A program made the translations under genes and the position numbers. The notes beneath the pieces were generated by a model, which did not search any database, was not told where the DNA came from, and saw only the letters and a program-made list of their open reading frames with translations. A stretch of 64,000 bases of DNA from Nitrospinaceae bacterium. Lineage in GTDB: Bacteria > Nitrospinota > Nitrospinia > Nitrospinales > VA-1. Location of the stretch: NCBI GenBank assembly GCA_029261455.1, contig JAJDBH010000017.1, positions 5,563 through 69,562 of the forward strand, written 5' to 3'. Below, one piece after another: positions 1 through 9,293 of the stretch; within the stretch, counting starts at the first letter, position 1, and every line of letters begins with the position of its first letter.

Positions 1-358
1 AGCAAATTCAGTTTTTTAAAAAATTTATCGAACATAATTCCCGTCCCACACAAAAATTACATCACCGCATTGTTGTGAAAGTTAAGTAGATATATAGACT
101 TTCTGAGTATATGCACCCTCCCCTTTAGGTGTTATATAAAAACGAAAAACTCTTGACTATTAAGGCTCAGACTCCGATAGTACGTTTGTTGTAGGATCGA
201 AAAACCACCTCATGTGTCTTCGCGAGTGACCATAGAGAGTGCGGCGATCTAACTACTCGACTTGGAGGTTTCTCGACCTGGATTGCTTCGTCGCCGCTGG
301 CTCCTCGCAATGACGACTTATGCGGATGGTATCTAACCAACTCTCGTAACTACCACCT

Positions 359-2245
359 ATGTGCGGCATTACTGGCTTCATAAATTTTGATCCTTCCGGT
401 CAACCAGAAAACCCAGGTAAAGTCCTGCGTAATATGCTGGACGCTCTGCGGCATCGAGGCCCTGATGATCGCGGTGAGGAACTTATTGAGGTTGCTAATG
501 GCCCTATTCTTCACATAGGCCATCAGAGATTTTCCATCATCGACCTTTCCGCTGCCGGGCATCAGCCTATGGCCAACGACGACAAGTCGGTTTGGGTTTC
601 AACCAACAGCGAAATCTATAATTACCAGGAACTGAGAAATGAACTGGCTAATAAGTTCCAGTTCCGCTCTCAATCTGACACTGAGGTTTTGTTGAGGGCC
701 TACGAACACTGGGGCGTTGGTTGTCTCGACAAGCTTATCGGGATGTTTTCTTTCGCCATCTGGGACCATGAACGTGAAGCGTTATTTGTGGCCCGCGATC
801 GATTAGGAATCAAGCCGCTCTACTATCATATAAAAGGCCAGCAGTTTGCCTTTGCCTCAGAATTGCGTTCCCTGCTTGCATCCGGATTCATAGACAAATC
901 GATAAACCCGACCGGACTATATCATTATCTTTCCTTTGGTCACTCTAAAGCTCCAGAGACCATCATCAATTCAGTACGCGAATTGAAACCAGGCCATTAT
1001 TTATGGATTGATAAAAACGGCAACTGGGAAGAAAAGGAATATTGGAATCCATTTAGCCAAAATGATTTCGCAGTCAGTGGTGTGGATATTCAGGAACAAG
1101 TTAGAAGTGTGATAACAGAATCCGTTCGATGTCGTAGTGTCAGCGATGTTCCTCTGGGGGCATTCTTGAGCGGTGGAATTGATTCGAGTGTCGTGGTGGG
1201 AAGTCTAGCCAGTATTTCTGATGACCCTGTCACCACTTTGACCATCGGTTTTCAGGAAAAAGAATTCGATGAGTCGGAGTACTCGCAGGAGGTTTCTGAC
1301 AGATTTAAGACGAATCATCATGTCTTACGGTTGGATGAAGAACAGCTTTTACAGGCTCTGCCCTCTTCCCTATCGGCTATGGATCAACCCACTATTGATG
1401 GTATCAACACTTACCTGATATCTCGTTCAGCCCATGAAGTTGGGTTGAAAGTAGCGTTAAGCGGATTGGGAGGCGATGAACTGTTTGGAGGTTACCCCTC
1501 TTTTCAATTGATCCCCAAGCTCATGCAAAGGAAAAAGTTATTTAAATACATTCCATTTATGAAGTGGGGCGTTGGTTTGTGCAAAGGATTGTTCCCTTCC
1601 GATCAGGCCACAAAGCTGGAACACTGGGTGCAGGGGAAATTAAGCGGAGCCCATGAATATTTTCTTATTCGCGCCCTATTCTGCCAAGATCCTCTCACCC
1701 ATTTATTTGCTGATAAAACACTGGCACGAACTGAAATCGAAAAAGACTATCAGCGTTCTCTGAATCAGATCGAACAATTGCCCTCAGATGATGTGTTCAA
1801 TCAGATCTCTTATCTCGAAACATTTCATTACCTGCAAAATATGCTTTTGCGCGATGTGGATATGATGAGTATGGCGCATCCGCTTGAGGTTAGAGTCCCT
1901 TTTATGGACCACCGACTGGTGGAAATGATGTTTCAATTATCAGGAAGTGAAAAATCCGGTACGGCCAAGCATCTATTAGTGGAATCCATGAAGTCCTTAT
2001 TACCGGATAATGTGTGGCAACGAAAAAAGATGGGATTCGCCTTTCCTTTTGATATGTGGATGCGTGGAGCCTTACGCCCGGAAATTGAAGCCGTGCTATT
2101 ATCTCCCCTGCAAAAGCTTGAGGGGATTGTGTCACAACAGGCTGTGGCAAATATCTGGAACGATTTTCTTTCTGGGCGAGTCTCTTGGTCGAGGCCTTGG
2201 TCACTTTATGTTCTAAAGTCCTGGATCAATAAAAACCTTTCTTGA
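359..2245 (+). CDS. asnB: asparagine synthase (glutamine-hydrolysing)
   Basis: 628-aa ORF beginning MCGI (Cys2 nucleophile of class II glutamine amidotransferases). Has the PP-loop motif AFLSGGIDSSVV typical of the synthetase domain. Confidence 0.9.
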   Translation: MCGITGFINFDPSGQPENPGKVLRNMLDALRHRGPDDRGEELIEVANGPILHIGHQRFSIIDLSAAGHQPMANDDKSVWVSTNSEIYNYQELRNELANKFQFRSQSDTEVLLRAYEHWGVGCLDKLIGMFSFAIWDHEREALFVARDRLGIKPLYYHIKGQQFAFASELRSLLASGFIDKSINPTGLYHYLSFGHSKAPETIINSVRELKPGHYLWIDKNGNWEEKEYWNPFSQNDFAVSGVDIQEQVRSVITESVRCRSVSDVPLGAFLSGGIDSSVVVGSLASISDDPVTTLTIGFQEKEFDESEYSQEVSDRFKTNHHVLRLDEEQLLQALPSSLSAMDQPTIDGINTYLISRSAHEVGLKVALSGLGGDELFGGYPSFQLIPKLMQRKKLFKYIPFMKWGVGLCKGLFPSDQATKLEHWVQGKLSGAHEYFLIRALFCQDPLTHLFADKTLARTEIEKDYQRSLNQIEQLPSDDVFNQISYLETFHYLQNMLLRDVDMMSMAHPLEVRVPFMDHRLVEMMFQLSGSEKSGTAKHLLVESMKSLLPDNVWQRKKMGFAFPFDMWMRGALRPEIEAVLLSPLQKLEGIVSQQAVANIWNDFLSGRVSWSRPWSLYVLKSWINKNLS

Positions 2246-2258
2246 AGTAGCTATTTTT

Positions 2259-3134
2259 ATGGAAATCCCGTTTTATCAGGTTGATGTTTTTACCGATCAT
2301 ATTTTTGGTGGTAATCCCCTGGCTGTTTTCACCCATGGGCAAAATTTCAAGAAAGAGGACTTACAGAGGGTCGCTCGAGAGATGAATTTATCTGAGACCA
2401 CCTTCGTTTACCCCTCCTCCACGAATGAAGCGGACTACGATGTGCGCATCTTCACCCCTACCAGCGAGATTCCTTTTGCCGGTCACCCTACCCTTGGCAC
2501 CGCATACGTTCTCAGGAAATATGGCTCGGCGACGGAAAATACTCTGCGTTTAAATTTCAAAGCTGGGATAATTCCTGTATCGATCGAAGGAGACAAAATT
2601 TTCATGCAACACCCCCCCGCACAGACCCTGCATGAACTGAACCAGTCAGAATTAATTGCCGAGGCTTTGGGGATACCGCTAAGCGGTTTGGATGAGAGTC
2701 TTCCCATCAGGGTAGTTTCTACAGGCTTCCCCGCATTATTTATCCCAGTAAATTCATTAAGCATTATCAATGAGATAGCGATTAATGCCCAGACTTTAGA
2801 TGAAGTTTTGCGGCCTCTGGAAATTGATATGATATATCCCTTTTGTCGCGAAACCCTCAATCCCGCTAATACCGTCCATTCACGCGCTTTTGCTCCAAGT
2901 CTGGGAATTCCTGAAGATCCTGCAACAGGCAGCGTAGCGGGGGCTATGGGTGCCTATTGGGCCAGTCTGAGTGATGAGAAGGAGATAAGCATGGTCATCG
3001 AACAGGGTTATGATATGCAACGCCCTTCATTGATCTATGTTGAAGTATCAAGTCGGGAAATTCAAAAAATACGTGTGGGTGGGCAGTGCCAACCGGTATT
3101 TACCGGCCTTATGAATCTTGAAGCAAGGTCATAA
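2259..3134 (+). CDS. PhzF-family isomerase-like protein
   Basis: 291-aa ORF. The N-terminus FYQVDVFTDHIFGGNPLAVF and overall length are typical of the PhzF/YddE family. Starts 14 nt after asnB. Confidence 0.85.
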   Translation: MEIPFYQVDVFTDHIFGGNPLAVFTHGQNFKKEDLQRVAREMNLSETTFVYPSSTNEADYDVRIFTPTSEIPFAGHPTLGTAYVLRKYGSATENTLRLNFKAGIIPVSIEGDKIFMQHPPAQTLHELNQSELIAEALGIPLSGLDESLPIRVVSTGFPALFIPVNSLSIINEIAINAQTLDEVLRPLEIDMIYPFCRETLNPANTVHSRAFAPSLGIPEDPATGSVAGAMGAYWASLSDEKEISMVIEQGYDMQRPSLIYVEVSSREIQKIRVGGQCQPVFTGLMNLEARS

Positions 3135-3158
3135 AAGCTTATCAGGCAAGCTTTTTTT
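3133..3158 (+). terminator. candidate intrinsic terminator after the PhzF-like gene
   Basis: AAAAGCTT-atcaggc-AAGCTTTT hairpin directly after the stop codon, followed by a T-run (ctttttttcc). It overlaps the 3' end of the convergent small ORF. Confidence 0.5.
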
Positions 3159-3402
3159 CCTGGTTTTCGGGAGCATATAAACAATTTGCGCAAACATGGC
3201 CTTTTTCACGGCCACACATCAAACAAGTTTCAATCTCTTCATGCCCTCTAAATGCACCGCTGCAGTGGTGGCAACGGACTTCATTGGCTGCTTTTTTCTT
3301 GATGCGGCGTTTAACCCGCCTTTTATTGACTAAAAGCTGACTATAAGAAATATTCATTGAAGCCTCTATCAAACTAATGAGTAACAGGTCGCTAGTGCTC
3401 AA
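3142..3402 (-). CDS. small basic Cys-rich (zinc-ribbon-like) hypothetical protein
   Basis: 86-aa ORF with three CxxC pairs (CHHC, CLMC, CANC) after a Lys/Arg-rich stretch. No family recognised. The true start may be the internal Met (MNISYS). Confidence 0.4.
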   Translation of the reverse strand: MSTSDLLLISLIEASMNISYSQLLVNKRRVKRRIKKKAANEVRCHHCSGAFRGHEEIETCLMCGREKGHVCANCLYAPENQEKKLA

Positions 3403-3492
3403 ATACTAAGATGAGGGTTCTACAAAATAGTTTCGAAAAAGTTAGCTCCCCCAGAATAGCAGGCCAAATTATTCTCAAGCTCGCACAATAGA

Positions 3493-4041
3493 TCATATTT
3501 TTGCGAGAACCCCCTTATTAACAACAACCACTCGTTCCCGACCAAATAGAATTTCGACGAGTTTGAGGGAAAACTCCATAGCTGTGCCAGGTGACTTACT
3601 GGTAACAATATGCCCATCTACGACCACCCTGTCGTCACTATAGGAGATGCCCTGCAACTCATTTTGAACTGAAGGGTGACTTGTTATATATCGGTCCCCC
3701 AGAATTCCTGCATCCATTAATACTAATGGAGCTGCACAAATCGCGGCGATATTTTTGCTGAGACCATCCATCTTTTTCAGCAAATGAGTAATCCGGGCAT
3801 CCTTTCTGAGATTATCGGTGCCGGGCTGACCTCCGGGTAAAACGATCAAATCGAAATCTTTTTCAAGTATATTGTTGAGTTGCTCATCTGGCTGAACATG
3901 AATACCCCTAGAGCCTTTCAGTGGACCTTCTTCAGTACCTGCAAGGGTTACCCGAGCACCGGCCCGTCGCAGGATATCTACAACCGTAATCGTTTCAATC
4001 TCCTCAAAGCCCGGTGCCAAAGGAACCAACACTGTCTTCAT
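3493..4041 (-). CDS. DJ-1/PfpI family protein
   Basis: Starts MKTVLVPLAPGFEEIE; the nucleophile-elbow motif AAICAAP is typical of DJ-1/ThiJ. I trimmed the start to the internal Met at 4041 because homologs begin MK..L. Confidence 0.85.
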   Translation of the reverse strand: MKTVLVPLAPGFEEIETITVVDILRRAGARVTLAGTEEGPLKGSRGIHVQPDEQLNNILEKDFDLIVLPGGQPGTDNLRKDARITHLLKKMDGLSKNIAAICAAPLVLMDAGILGDRYITSHPSVQNELQGISYSDDRVVVDGHIVTSKSPGTAMEFSLKLVEILFGRERVVVVNKGVLAKI

Positions 4042-4175
4042 AACAAAACTCCACAAACATTTTAACAAGAAGATTATAACAATTTCACTTATCCCCAGAC
4101 ATCACCTCAAGTCTCCCTTGTGCCTGATAGCGACTGATGCTAAAATTTGAACCTTGCCTTACTATATAAATCAAT

Positions 4176-4922
4176 ATGTTGGACATGTCACCTACTCAGT
4201 TCAAACAAGGTTTTAATGCTCCGACAGACAGGACAAGTCCCGTTCAGGATATGTTCAACGCTGTCGCGCCGAGATATGATTTTCTCAACGGGCTATTGAG
4301 CGCGGGCTTCGACCGATATTGGAGAAAAATAGCTGTTGATCAACTCGAGCCTATTGCCAATCGGCTTTTTCTAGATGTGGCAACAGGCACCGCTGATATT
4401 GCCCTTGAGCTGGCACTGCGTGATAAGTCTCGAGTTATCGGTGTTGACTTCAGTGCCGCGATGCTCCAACTGGGCAAAAACAAGGTAGTTGCACGAAACA
4501 TGCAATCTTCCATACAGCTATTTCCGGGAGCGGCGGAGAACCTGCCCTTGAAAAATAATAGTTTTGATGGTGCCATTTCTGCTTTTGGTGCTAGAAATTT
4601 TGCTGATATAGATCATGCCATTAGTGAAATCTATCGAGTTTTGAAGCCAAAGGGTAAAATAGTGATTCTTGAATTCTCTTTCCCTCAAAACGGATTTTTA
4701 CAATGGCTTTATCGTTACTATTTTGAGAAAATTTTACCTATTATGGGACGTTGGGTCTCTGGTCACAAGAGCGCATATACTTATCTCCCGGATTCTGTAG
4801 GCTCCTTTCCCAAAGGTGACGCTTTTGCTTCTATCCTGAAAAAATCCGGATTTGAGTCAGTCACTTTTAAAGAGTTAACTTTCGGAGTCACAACCATCTA
4901 TACCGGTTTCAAAAATGCCTGA
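4176..4922 (+). CDS. ubiE: demethylmenaquinone/ubiquinone C-methyltransferase
   Basis: 248 aa. Contains FNAVAPRYDFLNGLLSAG..YWRK and the SAM-binding LDVATGTADIA motif characteristic of UbiE/MenG. Confidence 0.9.
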   Translation: MLDMSPTQFKQGFNAPTDRTSPVQDMFNAVAPRYDFLNGLLSAGFDRYWRKIAVDQLEPIANRLFLDVATGTADIALELALRDKSRVIGVDFSAAMLQLGKNKVVARNMQSSIQLFPGAAENLPLKNNSFDGAISAFGARNFADIDHAISEIYRVLKPKGKIVILEFSFPQNGFLQWLYRYYFEKILPIMGRWVSGHKSAYTYLPDSVGSFPKGDAFASILKKSGFESVTFKELTFGVTTIYTGFKNA

Positions 4923-6084
4923 ATCAAAACCCGCTAATTACTTTCGAAAGCTTGCATGGGGTTGTTTTATTCTGGCCTTTGTCTTTATCAATGCCTCGTT
5001 TTTTCTGGACAGCTATAGTCCGTCAAATCCGCAAAAAGTTATTCCCAGCAGTCTGGAGAATAGTCAGGATTATAAAAACCTACTGGACTTGCAAAATGCG
5101 TTTATTCGTAATGCAAAAAAAATTAAGCCTTCCGTAGTCAGTGTGAACAAGGTCAAAGAACTGGTGGAGAAGTCGTCCTGGTATGAACCACATGGAACTA
5201 AACCATGGTATGCATCAATTAGGAACTGGTTCGCTGAAAACCTTAAAACCCGAAAATATAGCGTCGAGAATGTTGGGTCAGGCATTATATTGGATTCCAA
5301 CGGTTATATTTTGACTAACTATCATGTCGTTGAAAAACTCGATAGGATTTTAATCAAATTATCTGATGGAAAAGAGTATTTCGCAAAAGTCCTGGGCTAT
5401 GACACATACACCGACCTTGCTGCCCTGAAAATTTCGACACTAAGACGACTCCCTGAGCCGGAGTTTGGCGAGTCCAAAGCTTTGAGCGTTGGCGAATGGG
5501 TAATGGCTATAGGAAACCCATACGGGCTTGAAGGTACTGTCACTGTGGGAGTGATCAGCGGAATTGGGCGCACAGACGTCGGAATCAACCATTTTGAAAA
5601 TTTTATCCAGACCGATGCCTCGATCAATCCGGGCAACAGTGGCGGTCCCTTAATCAATCTGGACGGCCAAATTGTGGGGATCAATACAGCCGTGGCGGCT
5701 ATTGGCGCTGGAGTGAGTTTTGCTATTCCAGTAGAGATGGCTTTGGATATAGGAGTTCAACTGATCGAAAATGGTTCAGTAGAAAGAGGCTGGTTAGGAA
5801 TTGGAATTCAGAATTTGACACCGGAACTGGCAAACACATTCAACTTGAATACCTCAGGGGTTGGAGTGCTGGTCAACAGTATCGCAAGTCAAACACCCGC
5901 CCAATCAGGAGGAATGCTTCGGGGAGATATTATCATTCAGTTCGATGGTCAAACTATTTCCAATTTAAAATACTTTCAAAAATTAGTTGCAGATACGGCA
6001 ATTGGGAGAGAGGTTCCTGTTAAAATATTCCGCGATGGTCATGAAAAAACACTCAAGATTAAGATAGGGAAAATGAGCTCCTAA
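4915..6084 (+). CDS. htrA: HtrA/DegP-family periplasmic serine protease with one PDZ domain
   Basis: 389 aa with an N-terminal TM/signal. Catalytic triad contexts TNYHVV, TDLAALK and GNSGGPL. The C-terminal region looks like a PDZ domain. Overlaps the ubiE stop by 8 nt. Confidence 0.9.
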   Translation: MPESKPANYFRKLAWGCFILAFVFINASFFLDSYSPSNPQKVIPSSLENSQDYKNLLDLQNAFIRNAKKIKPSVVSVNKVKELVEKSSWYEPHGTKPWYASIRNWFAENLKTRKYSVENVGSGIILDSNGYILTNYHVVEKLDRILIKLSDGKEYFAKVLGYDTYTDLAALKISTLRRLPEPEFGESKALSVGEWVMAIGNPYGLEGTVTVGVISGIGRTDVGINHFENFIQTDASINPGNSGGPLINLDGQIVGINTAVAAIGAGVSFAIPVEMALDIGVQLIENGSVERGWLGIGIQNLTPELANTFNLNTSGVGVLVNSIASQTPAQSGGMLRGDIIIQFDGQTISNLKYFQKLVADTAIGREVPVKIFRDGHEKTLKIKIGKMSS

Positions 6085-6293
6085 TTTCCCATCACTTCAA
6101 ACCCCGCCTCTACAATCTGAGCAGATATTTCATCCACTTGAGTTTGTGACTCGTCAAAATCTACCGTCACTTCTTTTTGTTCGAGGCTGACCTCCACTTT
6201 TTCAACCCCTACTATTTTACCCACCGTTTCACTCACCGTTTGGACACAGTGCTGGCAAGTCATTCCTTCTACTTTTAAAACTTTTTGCATCAT
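6081..6293 (-). CDS. copZ: heavy-metal-associated (CopZ-like) metallochaperone
   Basis: 70 aa with an MTCQHC metal-binding motif near the N-terminus and HMA-domain length. Confidence 0.85.
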   Translation of the reverse strand: MMQKVLKVEGMTCQHCVQTVSETVGKIVGVEKVEVSLEQKEVTVDFDESQTQVDEISAQIVEAGFEVMGN

Positions 6294-6458
6294 CCGCTCC
6301 TATTTGGAGGTCTATAATATGGATCTCTCCTAATGACTATCTATCAGTATCACATTTTTTTCCACCACAATACGTCAAAAAAAGAATTAGCGAATACACG
6401 TAAATTGGATCAAATAACGTGCTAACTACTGTTTTTCAAAGAAAAACAGTAAAAAAAC

Positions 6459-6485
6459 TCAAGAATTCCCCATTTGAGCCGTAAC
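6459..6485 (+). promoter_or_regulatory. candidate sigma-28 (FliA)-type promoter for the flagellin gene
   Basis: TCAA-N15-GCCGTAAC at 6459-6485 resembles the TAAA-N15-GCCGATAA class-III flagellar promoter consensus. Located about 120 nt upstream of the flagellin start. Confidence 0.4.
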
Positions 6486-6606
6486 AAAATTAAGGCAGTT
6501 TGGAGACTGCGCAAATTAAGGGTTGTAACAAATAGCTAGGCCTTGGAGGGCCCGGTGCAGGAAAACCCTTTAACCTCATAAATTCCAATTTCACGGAGGA
6601 AATGGA

Positions 6607-7449
6607 ATGCCACTACGAATCTTCAATAATTTAAGTTCTACTGTTGCCCAAAATAGGCTTGATGTTAACAACCGCCATCTAGGTGAAGCAATTGGCAGGG
6701 TTGCATCCGGTGATCGAGAAACCAGCGGGGCAGAAAAATCCGTATCCGAACTACTTCGTTCTGATGCACGGACACTAAGACAGTCTGCGAGAAACCTCAA
6801 TGATGGAATTAGTCTGATCAATGTTGCCGAAGGTGGATTGAATGAACAAACAGGAATCCTAATACGAGTACGTGAACTTTTGTCTTCAGCAGATGGCGCG
6901 TTGGGTGAAACCGAACGAGGCGCACTGCAGCTTGAAATCAATTCACTGAGAAACGAGTTTAACCGGATATCGAATACTTCAGAGTTTAATGGACAAAAAC
7001 TTTTAGATGGTTCTCTGGCGGCAGATGCCACTACCGATCATGTAGTAGTGATTGTAGGTTTGAATTCCGAAGATAGTGGACGAATAGATTTAAATGAATC
7101 TGCAAATATAGGATCGACAGACACTACTACATTTGATCTTGATAGTCTGTCTGTCGCAAGCCTTGAGGAAGCTGTTAGTGGACTAGCTAAGGTTGACGAT
7201 GCAATAACAAAAATCAGTGCCTTTAGAGGCAGCATTGGAGCAACTCAAAATCGATTTACAAGAGCATTGAACACTTTAAATGTATCCGTTGAAAATTTGA
7301 CTGCGGCATCTGCAACTATCAAAAACGGAAATGTTGCCGAAGAGATTACTGAATTAACCCGGCAACAACTGCTGGTTCAGTCTTCAGCGGCAATGGTAGG
7401 TCAAGCAAATTTAATCCCTGAAGGAGTATTATTGCTACTGCAACAATAA
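6607..7449 (+). CDS. flagellin (short, divergent)
   Basis: 280 aa. N-terminal D0/D1 pattern (NNLSSTVAQNRL...NDGISLINVAEGGLNE...ELLSSA, EINSLRNEFNRISNTSEFNGQKLLDG). C-terminal pattern (RGSIGATQNRF...NLTAAS..I.N..VAEE..ELTRQQLLVQSSAAMVGQAN). GGAGGA RBS upstream. Confidence 0.85.
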   Translation: MPLRIFNNLSSTVAQNRLDVNNRHLGEAIGRVASGDRETSGAEKSVSELLRSDARTLRQSARNLNDGISLINVAEGGLNEQTGILIRVRELLSSADGALGETERGALQLEINSLRNEFNRISNTSEFNGQKLLDGSLAADATTDHVVVIVGLNSEDSGRIDLNESANIGSTDTTTFDLDSLSVASLEEAVSGLAKVDDAITKISAFRGSIGATQNRFTRALNTLNVSVENLTAASATIKNGNVAEEITELTRQQLLVQSSAAMVGQANLIPEGVLLLLQQ

Positions 7450-7457
7450 AAAATATC

Positions 7458-7769
7458 ATGAATGAACGAGAGATAACTACAAAAATAGGTCGGCGAAATC
7501 CTGTCAATGGATCTGCCAAGGGAAAAAACAAGCCGGTACACGGCAATAAGCTTTCCCCTGAAAAGGTTGATAAGGTAACGCTTTCTGAGCCTTCCAAGGC
7601 TCAAGCCTCAGCCAGTAAAAACAAGACCATCGCTAGCGAAATCCGTCATGAGCTGGTGAACAAGTTCCGCAATGTCTTGCAAAATGGCTCCTATGAGGTG
7701 AAAGCTAATGAGATCGCAGACAAAATAGTTCAAAAAATCCGGGAAAATAAAAACCGCCTGGTTTTATAA
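7458..7769 (+). CDS. flgM: anti-sigma-28 factor FlgM-like protein
   Basis: 103 aa. It has a disordered basic N-terminal half. The C-terminal ELVNKFRNVLQNGSYEVKANEIADKIV matches the FlgM pattern (kV..ik.aI..G.Y.vd...iAdk). Starts 9 nt after the flagellin stop. Confidence 0.6.
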   Translation: MNEREITTKIGRRNPVNGSAKGKNKPVHGNKLSPEKVDKVTLSEPSKAQASASKNKTIASEIRHELVNKFRNVLQNGSYEVKANEIADKIVQKIRENKNRLVL

Positions 7770-7801
7770 GAATTTTTTGAACAAACGGAGTGCCTATTGG
7801 C

Positions 7802-8344
7802 TCACGCTGTCTTCAGTGAAGATAGGTTTGGGAACATCACGCTTGATTTAAGCTTATTCTCCCAGGCCTTTCCTAACCTGTTTGATCTCAAGTCGAGAGA
7901 CTCCAGCTTTACCATTTTTCCTGATCCTGCCAAAATCCCCATCCCCTTGCGTGTAATTTGATTGTTTCTTAAATCCAGTTTGCGGATATTGCCCAACTTA
8001 TCCGATGACAACAGCGCGTCTAACCCCTCATCACCCAGTTGATTTTTTCTTAAGTCAAGATCTTCGACATTTTCCAAACCTGGGTACTGGCTCAAAAAAG
8101 CGGCTTCAAACCATGTCAAGTCCAGATTGACCAACCGTAACACTTTTGGGTTGAGCATCAAACGAGCTCGCACAAATTTCTCAAATAATGTGAGACTTCG
8201 GGTACGAGTTCCAAACAAATTTGCATCAATGGCGGCATTGATATCATCAATGTTTCCTTTAGTACTATAAAAAATATTCAGGAGATTCTCTTTATTTAAC
8301 TCGTCCTGATTCAACTCATCCTGGTTCAATTCCTCTGAACTCAT
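7802..8344 (-). CDS. leucine-rich repeat protein (ribonuclease-inhibitor-type LRR)
   Basis: 180 aa. Has about 28-aa repeats LDLRKNQLGDEGLDAL.../LDLRNNQITRKGMGIL.../LDLRSNRLG. The N-terminus carries a duplicated NQDEL peptide. Confidence 0.7.
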   Translation of the reverse strand: MSSEELNQDELNQDELNKENLLNIFYSTKGNIDDINAAIDANLFGTRTRSLTLFEKFVRARLMLNPKVLRLVNLDLTWFEAAFLSQYPGLENVEDLDLRKNQLGDEGLDALLSSDKLGNIRKLDLRNNQITRKGMGILAGSGKMVKLESLDLRSNRLGKAWENKLKSSVMFPNLSSLKTA

Positions 8345-8543
8345 ATTTATTCCTACTTTCTTGAAATTTAGATGGCAGCTAAAAGAGCTATAATAACTGA
8401 TTTTTCATATATATTTGTTATACTTTAAAAGAAAGCTCGCCCATTTGAGCAACTTAAGGTTTCTATCTTTCAAAACCAATATTTTCCGGTGGCAAATATA
8501 ATGAATTATTTCAATTTTACAACTCAAATAATTTCCTGACCCC

Positions 8544-9293
8544 GTGAATACCGCTAAATTCCTATTCTCAAAAATATTTTCGGCTTTCATGGATGTGTTT
8601 CCTATTATAGTCGTTATCGCTTTTTTTCAGCTCGCCATTATTCAAAAACCGTTTCCACAGTTGGGGCAAACTCTTTTTGGAGTCGTACTGGTCGTCATAG
8701 GACTTTTCATTTTCATATTAGGTTTGGAGAGCGCTCTCTTTCCTATTGGCGAAAAAATGGCTAATGAATTTGCTTTAAAAGGTAACCCTTGGTGGATTAT
8801 TTTTTTCGGCTTTGCCTTAGGGTTTTCCACCACCATAGCCGAACCGGCTTTGACCGTTATAGCTAGTAAAGCTGGAAACCTTGCCGCCGGCGCAGGTGCT
8901 ATCGCAGACAATAAAGATGCAGTGGCCAGTTTTGTTCTTGGGCTCCGTTTTACTGTCGCCTTTTCAGTTGGGTTGGCCATCGCCATAGGTGTAGTTCGAA
9001 TATTAAAAGGATGGCCCTTAATCTGGTTCATCATGGGTGGCTATGGTCTCATCGTCATCACCACATTTTTTGCGCCAAAAGAGATTATTGGTATTGCCTA
9101 TGACTCTGGCGGAATAACAACTTCTACCATCACCGTCCCATTAGTCACCGCCTTGGGTGTCGGGCTTGCTACTTCCATAAGAGGTAGAAACCCTATGCTC
9201 GATGGATTTGGGCTGATTGCCCTGGCAAGCCTTAGTCCCATTGTATTTGTTTTAGGGTATGGGATTTTTATTTATGGCGTGGGGGGTGTATGA
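8544..9293 (+). CDS. DUF1538-type polytopic membrane protein, paralog 1
   Basis: 249 aa and hydrophobic. Shares GFSTT(I/L)AEPAL and AYDSGG(I/V)TTST(I/V)TVPL..ALG.GLA...DGFGLIA motifs with the next ORF. GTG start. Confidence 0.7.
   Translation: MNTAKFLFSKIFSAFMDVFPIIVVIAFFQLAIIQKPFPQLGQTLFGVVLVVIGLFIFILGLESALFPIGEKMANEFALKGNPWWIIFFGFALGFSTTIAEPALTVIASKAGNLAAGAGAIADNKDAVASFVLGLRFTVAFSVGLAIAIGVVRILKGWPLIWFIMGGYGLIVITTFFAPKEIIGIAYDSGGITTSTITVPLVTALGVGLATSIRGRNPMLDGFGLIALASLSPIVFVLGYGIFIYGVGGV

Noticed and set aside
6428-6450. A perfect 9-bp hairpin ACTGTTTTT-caaag-AAAAACAGT upstream of the flagellin promoter.
   Set aside because: It is followed by an A-run on the plus strand and preceded by the T-run on the minus strand, so it is not a canonical terminator for either neighbour. 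Its stem is all A/T-rich. It is noted but left uncalled.
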